Assembly (NCBI GenBank): GCA_963793265.1
Contig: CAWBZI010000004.1
Coordinates: 64,001-128,000 of the forward strand
DNA: 64,000 bases
Reading direction: 5' to 3'
Source: an uncultured cyanobacterium
Lineage (GTDB): Bacteria > Cyanobacteriota > Cyanobacteriia > Phormidesmidales > Phormidesmidaceae
Shown here: piece after piece, positions 1 through 10,314 of the stretch
Position numbering within the stretch: the stretch's first letter is position 1
Layout: each line of letters begins with the position of its first letter
Translations under genes and position numbers: made by a program
Notes under the pieces: model-generated
What the model was told of the DNA's origin: nothing
Database searches by the model: none
What the model saw: only the letters and a program-made list of their open reading frames with translations

Positions 1-488
1 TTCCATGTAGCGGTGAATCCTAAGTTTGAATCCTGAGATATCGAAGATGAAGTGAGCTTTGGACTGGGCTTTAGAATGAGCCTTCTATTTTGCCGAAGGC
101 GGCGGCATCTACTTAAGGCATGTAGTTAAAAATGGGCTGTTTGGGTAGCCCGGTTTTTTAACTACCGTTCCTAACTTTAAAGGCACAAAGATGCCCATCA
201 GCTACAATCTCTTAATGGTTTTGGAGTCTTTTGATTTGCAGTTTTGTTTCTATAGCTCAGATGCTTTGTCCCGAGGGCTCAGCTCACCCTAGTAGGTTCC
301 AGTGAGAATAGCCTAGTGGGAATAGATGGCATCTAAAACAAACGTCAAAAACAGACTCTTTTAAACACTAAAAAATAAAGCGTCAGGCAAACCTTGCCTA
401 CTGTCAGCTTATATCACAACCTTCTTATCGTTCCGCAATAGGTAGAGTACTGTCAAATTTTTCTCAGGTGACGGGCCCAGAAATGAGC

Positions 489-1343
489 CTAAAACCGCTC
501 GCCAGTCACGACAAAGGTGACGCGCTTGCCTACATTTGTGGCATGGTCGGCAATCCGCTCTAGGGCGCGAATGACGAGCACCAGCAAAATAATCGGTTCC
601 ATTGAGCCTTCACTGCACTGCGTATGAACAAGCTGTTCGTAGAGTCTTTCGTAGTCATCATCAACTGCATCGTCTTTTTGCTTGATGGTGCGACCGGCTT
701 CTGAGTCTAGCTCGGTGAGCGATCTAAGGCACAGCGCGACCATGGAGCGGCAGCGGTCTGTCATGGTTTCAATCTCGCCCATGCAGGCGTGCTCGGGATA
801 GGGAAATAGCTTGATGGCCGAATTACTGATGCTTTTGGTGTAGTCGCCAATGCGCTCTAGGTCGCGTACGATTTGCATATAGGCGCTGACCATGCGCAAA
901 TCTTGAGTGACTGGCGCTTCAAGATTCAACAGATTGATGCAGTCTACTTCGATTTGTCGGTAGAGAGCGTCAATCTGTTTGTCTTGGAGTGGGATTCTTT
1001 GGGCGGCGTCTAGGTCTTTTTGGCAAAGTGCCTGGCGAGCGAGCAAACAGGAGTTTTCGACCAGCGCCCCCATTTTGAGCACGTCTCTTTGAATGCGGGT
1101 GATCTTGCGATCTAGCCCGGCGCGGCTGATGGTGCGATCGCCTGGCACTTCCTGGATGGAGAGCCTCCCTTCATCAACTCTGCTGCTATCAGCGTTATTA
1201 CTATCGTCAGTATCCTGTCTATCTTGCAAAGGTTGATAGCTCTTTGTAGGCTGGTCGAATGGAATTTGTCTAGCGCTATTATCTAATCGGCCATCGGTGT
1301 TTGTCACAGGACGGCCAGATTGAGAAGAAGGAGCGCTTTTCAT
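489..1343 (-). CDS. phoU: Phosphate signaling complex protein PhoU, with a low-complexity N-terminal extension
   Basis: Two PhoU repeats with 'DLERIGDY' and 'LERIADHATN' motifs; C-terminal 'VTGE'. Confidence 0.95.
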   Translation of the reverse strand: MKSAPSSQSGRPVTNTDGRLDNSARQIPFDQPTKSYQPLQDRQDTDDSNNADSSRVDEGRLSIQEVPGDRTISRAGLDRKITRIQRDVLKMGALVENSCLLARQALCQKDLDAAQRIPLQDKQIDALYRQIEVDCINLLNLEAPVTQDLRMVSAYMQIVRDLERIGDYTKSISNSAIKLFPYPEHACMGEIETMTDRCRSMVALCLRSLTELDSEAGRTIKQKDDAVDDDYERLYEQLVHTQCSEGSMEPIILLVLVIRALERIADHATNVGKRVTFVVTGERF

Positions 1344-1484
1344 AGTTTTGTTTAGATTTGCGGATGTTTTTTGAAGTGTATTTTTAAGTGAGGTTTAATA
1401 GTAGCGGCTATCTCATGTGCTGCTATGTCTGCTATCTAACATCTTCGCAAGCTTATGGCTCATATAACTGACTCATATATGACT

Positions 1485-1502
1485 CATATAACGGTGTGTA
1501 AC
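1485..1502 (-). promoter_or_regulatory. Putative HLR1 (RpaB-binding) direct repeat upstream of psaM
   Basis: Minus strand reads GTTACACA-CC-GTTATATG, two half-sites at 10-bp period resembling (G/T)TTACA(T/A)(T/A)-N2 repeats; about 120 bp upstream of a PSI gene. Confidence 0.4.
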
Positions 1503-1620
1503 GGTTAGCCGATAGGGTGACGACAATGCAACCATTTTAGTCAACAATTTATCTAGGTATCTAACGTTTTTAGGTATCGTGTGTTCTTAACGCCCACTCA
1601 TAAAAGAGGATAGTAACCCT

Positions 1621-1716
1621 ATGGCTTTATCAGATACTCAGATCTATTTCGCCCTCATCTTTGCACTGGTTCCTGGCTTTTTGGCGCTACGCCTATCCAC
1701 TGAGCTATACAAGTAA
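1621..1716 (+). CDS. psaM: Photosystem I reaction center subunit XII (31 aa, absent from the ORF track)
   Basis: Manual translation MALSDTQIYFALIFALVPGFLALRLSTELYK*; GAGGA RBS upstream. Confidence 0.96.
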   Translation: MALSDTQIYFALIFALVPGFLALRLSTELYK

Positions 1717-1959
1717 CCCTTGCATAAGTAACCACTGCATCTAGCAAGATGCACCAAAATCTCCCAATTAGAGGCCGCTGTAGGTCTGAATAGTCGGGAG
1801 ATTTTTTGATTGGGAAAAGCGCATAAAAACATCTGTGAAACGTCAGCGTGCTGTGGGCAAATATTCTCAATTTATGCGAGTATCGTTTGAACCGTAATTT
1901 CTCGGAAGCTGTGCGCCTTAGAGTCAATTACAATCAGCTCGCTATTTTGGTTTCGCTTT

Positions 1960-2376
1960 ATGAACGCTGATAAGCGCCCACTTAATCCGGTTGCCACCCC
2001 CCCGACGCTACGTTCTCAATCGCCCGCTACTCGAAAAACGCGCACTTACCAGCCTAAGCGAATTCCTTTTGCCGGTGCGCGCCGGGCGATCGCCTTTGAG
2101 TCTTCCGTCAAGCTGACGGTGAATTTGCTCTTAGCGGTGGTGGCAACAACAACGATTGCAAAGCTTGTTCCTTACTATCAGGCGCAGCATAACCGGCTAG
2201 ATACCCTGGAGGCATCCGTTGAGGTGGCTGAGCAGAGAAACGCTAAGCTGCGCGATCAGTTTAGCCGCAACTTTGACCCGGCTCAGGCTTCTCGAATTAT
2301 GCAGGAGCAAAGCGGCATGGCCTACCCCAATCAAAAGCAGGTGATTTGGCAGTCGCCTATCGAAGATCAGCTATAG
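1960..2376 (+). CDS. Conserved cyanobacterial single-TM coiled-coil protein (slr1601-like, FtsL/DivIC-like)
   Basis: Basic N-terminus, TM segment 'LTVNLLLAVVATTTIAKLVPY', coiled coil, 'FSRNFDP' motif. Confidence 0.65.
   Translation: MNADKRPLNPVATPPTLRSQSPATRKTRTYQPKRIPFAGARRAIAFESSVKLTVNLLLAVVATTTIAKLVPYYQAQHNRLDTLEASVEVAEQRNAKLRDQFSRNFDPAQASRIMQEQSGMAYPNQKQVIWQSPIEDQL
2086..2093. repeat. HIP1 octamer GCGATCGC (example of a motif recurring throughout the window)
   Basis: Copies seen at 2086, 2693, 17189, 19323, 23716, 28620, 31059 and many other sites. Confidence 0.95.
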
Positions 2377-2484
2377 GCGGCTATAGAACAGCATTGGAGC
2401 GGCACCGGATCTCAGGGCAAGAAAGGGCGCAGACCGATACAATCGAGAGGTATAAATTTTCTTGAATTTGTGTAAGGAATACCT

Positions 2485-4242
2485 GTGGTTGATGCCGCTC
2501 ACGATGCGTTTAAGTTTGATTCGATAGAAGATGCCCTGGCGGATTTGGCCGCCGGGCGAGCGATTGTGGTCGTTGATGACGAAGATCGTGAAAATGAAGG
2601 GGATGTGATCTGCGCGGCGCAGTTTGCAACGCCCGATATGATTAATTTTATGGCAGTTGAGGCCCGAGGGCTGATTTGCCTGGCGATGACGGGCGATCGC
2701 CTCGATGAACTCGATTTGCCGCTGATGGTGACCAGTAGCCCGTTTGAAGACGAGAACGAGCAAACAGCATTTACCGTCAGCATTGACGCGGGGCTGAACT
2801 GGGGCGTGACGACTGGGATCTCTGCTGAAGATAGAGCCAGAACCATTCAGGTCGCGATTAACTCTAAGGCTAAGCCACAAGATTTGCGTAGGCCCGGTCA
2901 TATCTTTCCGCTGCGGGCTAAAGAGGGCGGCGTGCTGAAGCGGGTGGGCCACACTGAGGCGGGCGTTGATCTAGCTCGGATGGCTGGGCTGTATCCAGCG
3001 GGCGTTATCTGCGAGATCTCTAATCCTGATGGCTCTATGGCCAGAAGGCCCGACTTGATTCACTATGCCAAACGCCACGGCCTGAAGTTTATCAGCATTG
3101 CTGATTTGATTAGCTACCGGCTGCGGCACGAGCGCTTTGTAAAACGCGAAGCGGTGGCGGCGATGCCGACTAAGTTTGGCAAATTTCAGGTGTATGCCTA
3201 TCGAAATGAGCTGGATGGCTCTGAGCATATTGCGCTGGTAAAAGGCGATCCCGCCACTTTTAAAGACGAGCCAGTGATGGTGCGAATGCACTCTGAATGT
3301 TTGACGGGCGATGCGCTGGGATCTATGCGTTGTGACTGTCGAATGCAGCTTCAGGCAGCGCTAAAGATGATTGATAATGCGGGCAAAGGTGCGGTTGTTT
3401 ATCTACGCCAGGAAGGCCGGGGGATCGGCCTGGTGAATAAGCTAAAGGCGTATTCTCTTCAGGATATGGGGCTAGATACGGTCGAGGCGAATGAGCGTTT
3501 AGGGCTTCCTGTCGATCAGCGTAACTATGGGATGGGCGCACAGATTCTGATGGACTTGGGGATCAATCAGTTCAAGCTGATTACGAACAATCCGCGTAAG
3601 ATCGCTGGGCTTAAGGGCTATGGCTTAGAGATGGTGGATCGGGTGCCGCTGCTGATTGAGGCGACGACATATAACGCGAGCTACTTAGCGACGAAGGCTG
3701 AAAAGCTCGGCCATATGCTACTACAGACCTACTTGGTTACGGTGGCTATTCGCTGGCGGGATAGTGGTGATGTGGAAGTTGACTCGGAGCTAGTGACGGC
3801 TCGCTATGAAAGGCTTGAAAAGCTGCGAGGGCTAGCGAAAAAGCACGATTTGACGCTGCAAGAAGAGGCGCGTTCGGTGGCGGTTGCTGTGTTTGGGCAG
3901 ATGCCGCTGATTGCGAATTTGGGGCTCGATCAGCCTGATCTGGCGAGCGATCGCTGGTACAAAGACAGCGATCATCCCTATGTAAGGGCGATCGCCTCTC
4001 TTTTAGACGAACTAATCGCCTGGAAAGACATCGATCAGCTTGAGTTCTTAGTCTCGTCAGGTGGCGATCCCTTCACGCAGCTTAAAGTCAGGCTCGATCA
4101 GCAGATCTTTCCCTGGCCTCACTCAGGCGGAAAAGATGGCGAAGCGATGGTTCTGCCAAGTGACGTTTGTAAGAAGCTAGAAACACAGCGGCTTTACGCC
4201 TTTTCTCAACATGCGATGGAGGTCGCACATCAGGCTGTTTAG
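2485..4242 (+). CDS. ribBA: Bifunctional DHBP synthase / GTP cyclohydrolase II with cyanobacterial C-terminal extension
   Basis: 'DDEDRENEGD', 'RPGHIFPL', 'GHTEA', 'RMHSECLTGD...RCDC', 'RQEGRGIGL', 'TNNPRK' motifs. Confidence 0.97.
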   Translation: MVDAAHDAFKFDSIEDALADLAAGRAIVVVDDEDRENEGDVICAAQFATPDMINFMAVEARGLICLAMTGDRLDELDLPLMVTSSPFEDENEQTAFTVSIDAGLNWGVTTGISAEDRARTIQVAINSKAKPQDLRRPGHIFPLRAKEGGVLKRVGHTEAGVDLARMAGLYPAGVICEISNPDGSMARRPDLIHYAKRHGLKFISIADLISYRLRHERFVKREAVAAMPTKFGKFQVYAYRNELDGSEHIALVKGDPATFKDEPVMVRMHSECLTGDALGSMRCDCRMQLQAALKMIDNAGKGAVVYLRQEGRGIGLVNKLKAYSLQDMGLDTVEANERLGLPVDQRNYGMGAQILMDLGINQFKLITNNPRKIAGLKGYGLEMVDRVPLLIEATTYNASYLATKAEKLGHMLLQTYLVTVAIRWRDSGDVEVDSELVTARYERLEKLRGLAKKHDLTLQEEARSVAVAVFGQMPLIANLGLDQPDLASDRWYKDSDHPYVRAIASLLDELIAWKDIDQLEFLVSSGGDPFTQLKVRLDQQIFPWPHSGGKDGEAMVLPSDVCKKLETQRLYAFSQHAMEVAHQAV

Positions 4243-4256
4243 TCAACTACGGCTCT

Positions 4257-5630
4257 TTACGGTTCTATGCGGCCTAGCTGGCTAGGGGGCTGGGCTGGCA
4301 TGGCGGGAGCAGCGATCGCAGGTGTTGCACTTTGGCGGCGAGCAACGACATTCGGTTCAATAGCCTCAACGGCCTGCACAAACTGAGGGTCGGCGTCGGT
4401 ACCGCGCAGAGCGGGATTAGTGTCTAGATCGCGTCTTTGCTGCTCAGTGAGTGTGACGTTGATATCAGGCGTAATGCCTCGGCTGCTGATATCAGTGCCA
4501 TCAGGCGTGTAATAGTGTGCCACCGTCACAGCTAGGCCCGAGCCATCTGAGAGCCCATGTAGGCTTTGCACTAAAGCTTTGCCAAACGTGGGATTGCCAA
4601 CGACGATAGCGCGATCGTTATCGCCTAGCGCGCCCGTCACAATCTCGCTAGAGCTGGCTGACTGCCCATTGACTAATACCGCCATAGGCAAATCAGTGAG
4701 CGCTGTACGGTTTGCTGAAATTTCGTCGTCCTGACCGTCTCTATCAACCGTTCGCACAATACTGCCCCGAGGGAGCCACATCCGGCTGATGTCAATACTG
4801 GCCTGTAATAGTCCACCTGGATTACCGCGCAGGTCTAGCACAAAAGCTTCAGCCCCTCGACTGGTCAAATCATCAATAGCTGCGCTCATTTGCTCAGCGG
4901 CGTGAGCGCTGAACTCGTCTAATCGGATGTAGCCGACTTTAACAGAGCCCTGCTGCTGAAGCTCAGCGCTAACAGTTGGTAGCGAAACGACCTCTCGAAC
5001 CAGGGCCAGGGTTTCTTCACTACCATCTTTGTGGCGTACGGTTAATGATATTTGGCTACCGCTTTCACCGCGAATGAGCTGCGCTGCGCTTTCTACGCTG
5101 AGATTTTGGCCCGACCTGCCATCGATAATTAAGATGACGTCGCCCGGCGTCAGTCCTGCTTGCTTAGCAGGCGAATTGTCTAGAATGCTAGAAACCACCA
5201 GGTTTTGATCGGCTCTTGATAGTCGCAACCCTATGCCCGATACCTCGCCTGAAGTCTGTTCGGTGAGCGCTGCATACTGAGCGGGGTTCAAAAAACGAGT
5301 GTATGGGTCTTCTAGGCGGCGCAAAACTCTGCGTAGTTCGGTATAGGCAGCCTCGCGCGAGCTATAGTCGCCGCTGAGTAGCGTCTGCCTCACGCCTAGC
5401 CAATCGACTCGGTTAAAGTCGGCATCTACGTATTCTTGATGGACGAGCTGCCAGGCTTCATCTAAGACGACTTTGGGACTGTTTTGAAAAGAGCTTTGAA
5501 GGTTAGAAGTAGTAGCAGGCTCAGCTAACTGCGCGCCCACACCTCCGGCGAAAGCCGCCGGAACCAGTAGGATGGCACCACTGACTGAGCAATTTTTAAG
5601 GAAGCCTAAAATACAGGCAGTATTTTTCAT
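4257..5630 (-). CDS. ctpB: Carboxyl-terminal processing protease (S41, PDZ), CtpB-like
   Basis: Signal peptide, 'DPYTRF', PDZ domain, 'DLRGNPGG', 'SASSSEI', 'TFGKA', 'YYTPDG'; paralog assignment tentative. Confidence 0.85.
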   Translation of the reverse strand: MKNTACILGFLKNCSVSGAILLVPAAFAGGVGAQLAEPATTSNLQSSFQNSPKVVLDEAWQLVHQEYVDADFNRVDWLGVRQTLLSGDYSSREAAYTELRRVLRRLEDPYTRFLNPAQYAALTEQTSGEVSGIGLRLSRADQNLVVSSILDNSPAKQAGLTPGDVILIIDGRSGQNLSVESAAQLIRGESGSQISLTVRHKDGSEETLALVREVVSLPTVSAELQQQGSVKVGYIRLDEFSAHAAEQMSAAIDDLTSRGAEAFVLDLRGNPGGLLQASIDISRMWLPRGSIVRTVDRDGQDDEISANRTALTDLPMAVLVNGQSASSSEIVTGALGDNDRAIVVGNPTFGKALVQSLHGLSDGSGLAVTVAHYYTPDGTDISSRGITPDINVTLTEQQRRDLDTNPALRGTDADPQFVQAVEAIEPNVVARRQSATPAIAAPAMPAQPPSQLGRIEP

Positions 5631-6127
5631 TTAAGACAGAGGCTACAAAGAATTTTGGAGATGTAGATGAGTTGTATAAAAATGTCTTTGGGCAGAGGTT
5701 GCCCTGATTCAGGACGGTTTCAGGCCCATAAAGCTTATAGAAAGACTAAGAAATATACCAGAGTAATTACGGGTTATTGGCAAATGCTTTATCTAAAGTA
5801 GTCAATAATCCTAAAGACGTAAATAAGTAATTGCCGCTGGATGGTTACCTTATCCGTATTCTATTTGACGCCTGCTAGCTTTATCAGCGCTGGTCATCTC
5901 TCTTTATTTATTGCTACAGAGATTTGCTAAAAGTAGCTCGACCTACCGATATACTCCATGTTCCACCAATTATTCGCTTCATCAGGAACTTATCAAGTAC
6001 AACCGTGTATTTACGGTGTCTCAGATCGATTGCCTGGTTCGACTGCTAATGTCTGTACTTTACGTCATCTTCATATATATTCTCTCTGATAGATTAGGGT
6101 TTCTCTAAAGCCTTTTGCCCGCAGCTT

Positions 6128-6934
6128 ATGCACAGCTACATTCCGCCAGCGCGATTTTTTCCGTATCTGACCTGGCCTCAAGTAGAGGCGCTGCCGGATA
6201 AGGAGAATGTTTTAATCATTCAACCGATTGGTGCTGTAGAGCAGCATGGGCCTCATTTGCCTTTGATTGTAGATGCGGCGATCGCAACGGCTGTCGTGGG
6301 CCAGGCCCTGCACAAGCTCAATAGTGCTATCCCTGCCTACGCCCTACCCACGCTCTACTACGGCAAATCGAACGAGCACTGGCGCTTTCCAGGTACGGTG
6401 ACGCTGAGCGCGCAAACGCTCACGGCGGTGCTGATGGAGATGGCCCAGAGCCTTTATAGCGCTGGGTTTCGGAAGCTGCTGCTAATCAACGGGCATGGCG
6501 GACAGCCACAGGTGTTGGAGATTGTGGCACGTGATTTGCGGCAGCAGCACGGCGATTTGATGGTGTTTCCGCTGTTTGTGTGGGGTGCGCCGCATTGCAC
6601 GGCTGAAGTGGTAGGTGAGCAGGAATATGAGCGGGGCCTCCATGCGGGAGATGTGGAGACGAGTGTGATGCTGGCGCTGATGCCTCAGCAGGTGCAGATG
6701 ACTGAGGCGGTGCGTGAGTTTCCGGCAGACTTTGGGGCGGAAAGCCTGTTGAGTTTGGAGGGGCGGCTGCCGATGGCTTGGACAATGGATGATTTGAGTA
6801 AGAGTGGTGTGGTGGGAGATGCGACGGTGGCAACGGTAGCAAAAGGCGAGAAAATTATGGCGTCGGTGTCGGATGGATGGGTGAGGGTGTTTGAGGAGGT
6901 TTATCGGTGTTCGGGGCCAAATCCTCAGCGCTAG
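6128..6934 (+). CDS. Creatininase / creatinine amidohydrolase family protein
   Basis: 'GAVEQHGPHLPL..D', 'NGHGG', 'HAG..ETS' motifs. Confidence 0.92.
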   Translation: MHSYIPPARFFPYLTWPQVEALPDKENVLIIQPIGAVEQHGPHLPLIVDAAIATAVVGQALHKLNSAIPAYALPTLYYGKSNEHWRFPGTVTLSAQTLTAVLMEMAQSLYSAGFRKLLLINGHGGQPQVLEIVARDLRQQHGDLMVFPLFVWGAPHCTAEVVGEQEYERGLHAGDVETSVMLALMPQQVQMTEAVREFPADFGAESLLSLEGRLPMAWTMDDLSKSGVVGDATVATVAKGEKIMASVSDGWVRVFEEVYRCSGPNPQR

Positions 6935-7031
6935 ATGGATATTTGTGAAGGCGGCTCGGTGAATGAATTTAATTGCGATTAGAGTCTTTAGTAGCTATTA
7001 AAGATATTCGTTAATTTAGGACATTGAATAT

Positions 7032-7817
7032 ATGCAGCCTTCTGATGCTCAAGGTGAGGCTCAAGTTGTGGAGGCTCCTGTGCAAAGTTCAAGGATGCCT
7101 GAAGCGCCTGCTGATATTCCGGCGATGGTGAAGACGCTGGCGATTGATATTGGGGGCAGTGGGATTAAGGCGCTGGTGATTGATGATGTGGGCCAGCCTA
7201 TGGGGGATCGTGATCGCATCAAAACACCTAAGCCAGCTACGCCCGATGCGGTGGTAAAGGTTGTTGAGCAGCTTGCTAGCCAAAAAGCAGATGCGGGGTT
7301 TGACCGCGTTTCAGTTGGCTTTCCGGGAGTTGTGCGTCGTGGCGTTATCTATACCGCGGTGAATTTGCACGAAACTTGGGCGGGGTACGACTTGGCTCAG
7401 CAGCTATCAAATAGCCTAGGTAAGCCAGTTCTGGTGATTAATGACGCCGATATGCAGGGGTTGGGTGCGGTTTCGGGTGAGGGTGTAGAGATGGTAATCA
7501 CGCTGGGTACCGGGTTTGGGACGGCGCTGTTTGTGGACGGGCATTTGGTGCCTAACTTAGAATTTGGCCATCAGCGGTTTCGTAAGGGGCAAACCTACGA
7601 AGAGCAGCTAGGGCGAGCCGCGCTGAAAAAAGTGGGTCAAGACGTTTGGAATCGACGCCTGGCGAAAGCGATCGACGCGCTTTCAAGAGGATTCAACTTC
7701 GACCGACTGTATTTAGGTGGCGGCGAGGTGAAGCAGATCGAGATTGAGCTGCCTGAAAATGTGACGGTGGTTCCTAACGTGCTGGGCTTGATGGGCGGCA
7801 TTAAGCTTTGGCAATAG
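7032..7817 (+). CDS. ROK family sugar kinase (polyphosphate glucokinase-like)
   Basis: 'IDIGGSGIK', 'GFPGVV', 'NDAD..G', 'TLGTGFG', 'NLEFGH' motifs. Confidence 0.88.
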   Translation: MQPSDAQGEAQVVEAPVQSSRMPEAPADIPAMVKTLAIDIGGSGIKALVIDDVGQPMGDRDRIKTPKPATPDAVVKVVEQLASQKADAGFDRVSVGFPGVVRRGVIYTAVNLHETWAGYDLAQQLSNSLGKPVLVINDADMQGLGAVSGEGVEMVITLGTGFGTALFVDGHLVPNLEFGHQRFRKGQTYEEQLGRAALKKVGQDVWNRRLAKAIDALSRGFNFDRLYLGGGEVKQIEIELPENVTVVPNVLGLMGGIKLWQ

Positions 7818-8397
7818 GTGGATTGTTTAGAAACAAGCCGCTTTCGGTGCAGATGCCGTTGAGAGGAATATCCCAGCTTTCGCGAGGGAGCTGGGGCAGG
7901 CGGGCGTATTCAAAGACGATGCCAATGGTGATTTTATTGGCCCAGACAGGACTAGAGAGCATCCGGTCGTAAAAGCCGCCGCCGTAGCCGAGGCGGTAGC
8001 CTTTGATGTCGCAGGCGAGACAGGGGATGAGAATAAGGTCTACTCGGCGGGGCTCTACAAGCGGAGAGGTGGGATCGGGTTCGGTGATGCCGTAGGTGCC
8101 GGGGCGCAGTGGCCATTCGCAGGTAGGGAACCAGCGATGCCAAATGAGGTCGTTGCCTTCGCAGCGGGGAAGGCCCCAAACGCGCTGCTGTTTGAGTAGG
8201 CTGGAGAGGTCGGGTTCGCCGCGAAAGCTGCAATAGGCGAGGGTGAGACGCGATCGCCCAAATACCGGCCAGTTTTGCAAATGCTGGCAAATGCTGGCCG
8301 ATTTCTCTTGCCAAATGCGCTCGGGCATCCGCTGGCGAGCTTTGAGCAAGGTGCGGCGCTGAGCTTCTTTTTGGGTTTGGGCGGTGGAAGAGTGCAT
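7801..8397 (-). CDS. 5-formyltetrahydrofolate cyclo-ligase
   Basis: 'YGITEP', 'DLILIP...D..GYRLGYGGGFYDR', 'WDIPL..ICTE'. Confidence 0.95.
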   Translation of the reverse strand: MHSSTAQTQKEAQRRTLLKARQRMPERIWQEKSASICQHLQNWPVFGRSRLTLAYCSFRGEPDLSSLLKQQRVWGLPRCEGNDLIWHRWFPTCEWPLRPGTYGITEPDPTSPLVEPRRVDLILIPCLACDIKGYRLGYGGGFYDRMLSSPVWANKITIGIVFEYARLPQLPRESWDIPLNGICTESGLFLNNPPIAKA

Positions 8398-8444
8398 TGA
8401 GACGGTAAAGGGCGATCTTGCGGGCGATCGGGTGGTTTAGACGA

Positions 8445-10055
8445 TCAAGCGGTGATCCGTCTGTAGAGGTCAGATATTTTGCTGATGACCTCCTCAGCAC
8501 TGAGGTGATCGGTGATAATTTCGATGGCATCAGGAGCTTTGCGTAGCGGCGAGACGGCTCGGGTGCTGTCTTTGCGATCGCGCTCCGCAATCAAATCGGC
8601 TAGCTCAGAAATATCGGGTAGTGTTTGACCGTCTGCCTGCTCAGCCGTCTTTAGATCTAGATGACGACGCTGAGCGCGTTCTTCGACGGAGGCAGTGAGG
8701 TAGATCTTAAGTTCTGCATCTGGGAAAACCTGGGTGCCAATGTCGCGACCGTCTGCAACGATGCCGCCCTGGATACCGTATTGCTGCTGCTGCCGAACAA
8801 GATGCTCACGAACGGCGGCTTGCGCGGCGATGGTAGATACCTGGCTAGTCACGCTTTCACTGCGAATGTCGGCGGTGACGTTCTGGCCGTTTACCTTGAC
8901 CTGGGGTGGCTGCGGCTCGTTGTCTTTGACGTTTGCAATAAGCTGAATGTGGCAGTGGGGCAACAGTTCAGCTACGGCAGTGGCGTCGGCCGGTTTAATC
9001 CCTTGCTGAAGGACAAACCATGTGAGGGCGCGATACATAGCGCCAGTATCGAGATAGAGGAGTCCGAGCTGATGTGCGATTTGGCGGGCGACGGTGGATT
9101 TGCCTGCACCGGCTGGGCCGTCGATAGCAATAATGGGCTTTCGCTGGGGGCTGTGGTTCTGGCTGGGATTCTGGCTGGGATTCTGGCTGGGATTGTCGGG
9201 GGCTTTGAGAAGTACGTTGTCGAGTAGCCGGGCTTTGCCGACGTTTGCTGCGATCGCCATCATTCCTACGGTATTAACAGTTTGCAAAGGCTTTAGTGTA
9301 TCAGGGTGAACCAACGACAGATAGTCTAGCGAGACGGTGGGCTCGGTCGCTAGCACGGTGAGGGCAGCTTGCTGGAGGCGATCGCCCGACCTTTCCCCCT
9401 GTTCAAAAGCCGCTTGAGCTGCCCTGAGACTTTTGTTGAGAACCGTAGCCTGCTGGCGCTGTGTCTCGGTGAGATAGCGGTTGCGAGAGCTGAGAGCGAG
9501 GCCGTCAGGCTCTCTGACAATGGGGCAAGGAATAATTTCGCCGGGCAGATTCAGGTCTTGGGCAAGGCGCTTGAGGATGGCGACCTGCTGGCCGTCTTTT
9601 TGGCCAAAGTAGGCGCGTGTGGGCCGCACGATGTTTAAGAGCTTGGCGACCACGGTGGCGACGCCCTGGAAGTGGGTGGGCCGCGATTTACCACAGAGCA
9701 TTTGGGTCATGTGCCTAGGGGGAATGACCTGAGTGACAGTTGAAAGATCGGGACGCGCAACGCCGTATAGATTTTGAGGTGATGGCATAAATATGGCATC
9801 TACACTGGCGGCCTGGCAGAGCGCCTGGTCGGCGGCGGCAGGTCTGGGGTACTGATCGAGGTCTTCGTGGGGGCCGAACTGGAGAGGGTTGACGAAGATA
9901 CTAACGATTACGATGTCGCAGTCTTGGCGGGCCTGATTAACGAGGCTGATGTGGCCTGCGTGAAGTGCGCCCATGGTGGGCACGAGCCCAATGGTTTTAT
10001 CGCTTTGTCGGTCTAGATAGTCGCGCAATTCAGCGATGGTGTTGAATAGCTTCAC
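8445..10055 (-). CDS. panC/cmk: Bifunctional pantoate--beta-alanine ligase / cytidylate kinase
   Basis: 'VPTMGALHAGH', 'FGQKD', 'GLALSSRN' followed by 'IAIDGPAGAGKST', 'DTGAMYRA', 'DGRDIG'. Confidence 0.97.
   Translation of the reverse strand: MKLFNTIAELRDYLDRQSDKTIGLVPTMGALHAGHISLVNQARQDCDIVIVSIFVNPLQFGPHEDLDQYPRPAAADQALCQAASVDAIFMPSPQNLYGVARPDLSTVTQVIPPRHMTQMLCGKSRPTHFQGVATVVAKLLNIVRPTRAYFGQKDGQQVAILKRLAQDLNLPGEIIPCPIVREPDGLALSSRNRYLTETQRQQATVLNKSLRAAQAAFEQGERSGDRLQQAALTVLATEPTVSLDYLSLVHPDTLKPLQTVNTVGMMAIAANVGKARLLDNVLLKAPDNPSQNPSQNPSQNHSPQRKPIIAIDGPAGAGKSTVARQIAHQLGLLYLDTGAMYRALTWFVLQQGIKPADATAVAELLPHCHIQLIANVKDNEPQPPQVKVNGQNVTADIRSESVTSQVSTIAAQAAVREHLVRQQQQYGIQGGIVADGRDIGTQVFPDAELKIYLTASVEERAQRRHLDLKTAEQADGQTLPDISELADLIAERDRKDSTRAVSPLRKAPDAIEIITDHLSAEEVISKISDLYRRITA
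9157..9192. repeat. In-frame 12-bp tandem repeat (TTCTGGCTGGGA x3) encoding the NPSQ linker between PanC and Cmk
   Basis: Three exact copies read directly. Confidence 0.9.
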
Positions 10056-10252
10056 GACATTTTCCTAGCTGACAGGGAATCGGGAACTGTGTATCGGGGA
10101 ATAAAGGGGCGCTGCGTAATTTGGCTCACATTAATTTAACGCAAATTAGCTGTTTTCATGGTGCGTCGCCGTAGGGTATCTGCCCTCAGACTCATACAAA
10201 GAATGCGATCTATAACAGGAGACATAAGACGTTAGAGCAAGAAAAATCTAAT

Positions 10253-10285
10253 AAAAAAGACTCCTCTGTTAGGAGGAGCCTTTTT
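10253..10285 (-). terminator. Intrinsic terminator of rlpA
   Basis: Minus-strand hairpin GGCTCCTC/GAGGAGTC followed by a T run, about 30 bp after the rlpA stop. Confidence 0.8.
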
Positions 10286-10314
10286 GCATAAGACAAATGA
10301 GACGGCAGGCTGAT

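Noticed and set aside
1644..1927. Two minus-strand ORFs (62 and 90 aa)
   Set aside because: Overlap psaM antisense and have no recognisable motifs
5911..6108. 65-aa TTG-start ORF upstream of the creatininase gene
   Set aside because: AT-rich divergent promoter region, no RBS or recognisable motif
9157..9192. NPSQ tandem repeat as a phase-variation site
   Set aside because: Unit length is a multiple of three in an interdomain linker, so copy change would not shift frame
8445..10055. panC-cmk fusion, and likewise the ribBA C-terminal extension, as novelties
   Set aside because: Both are standard in cyanobacteria
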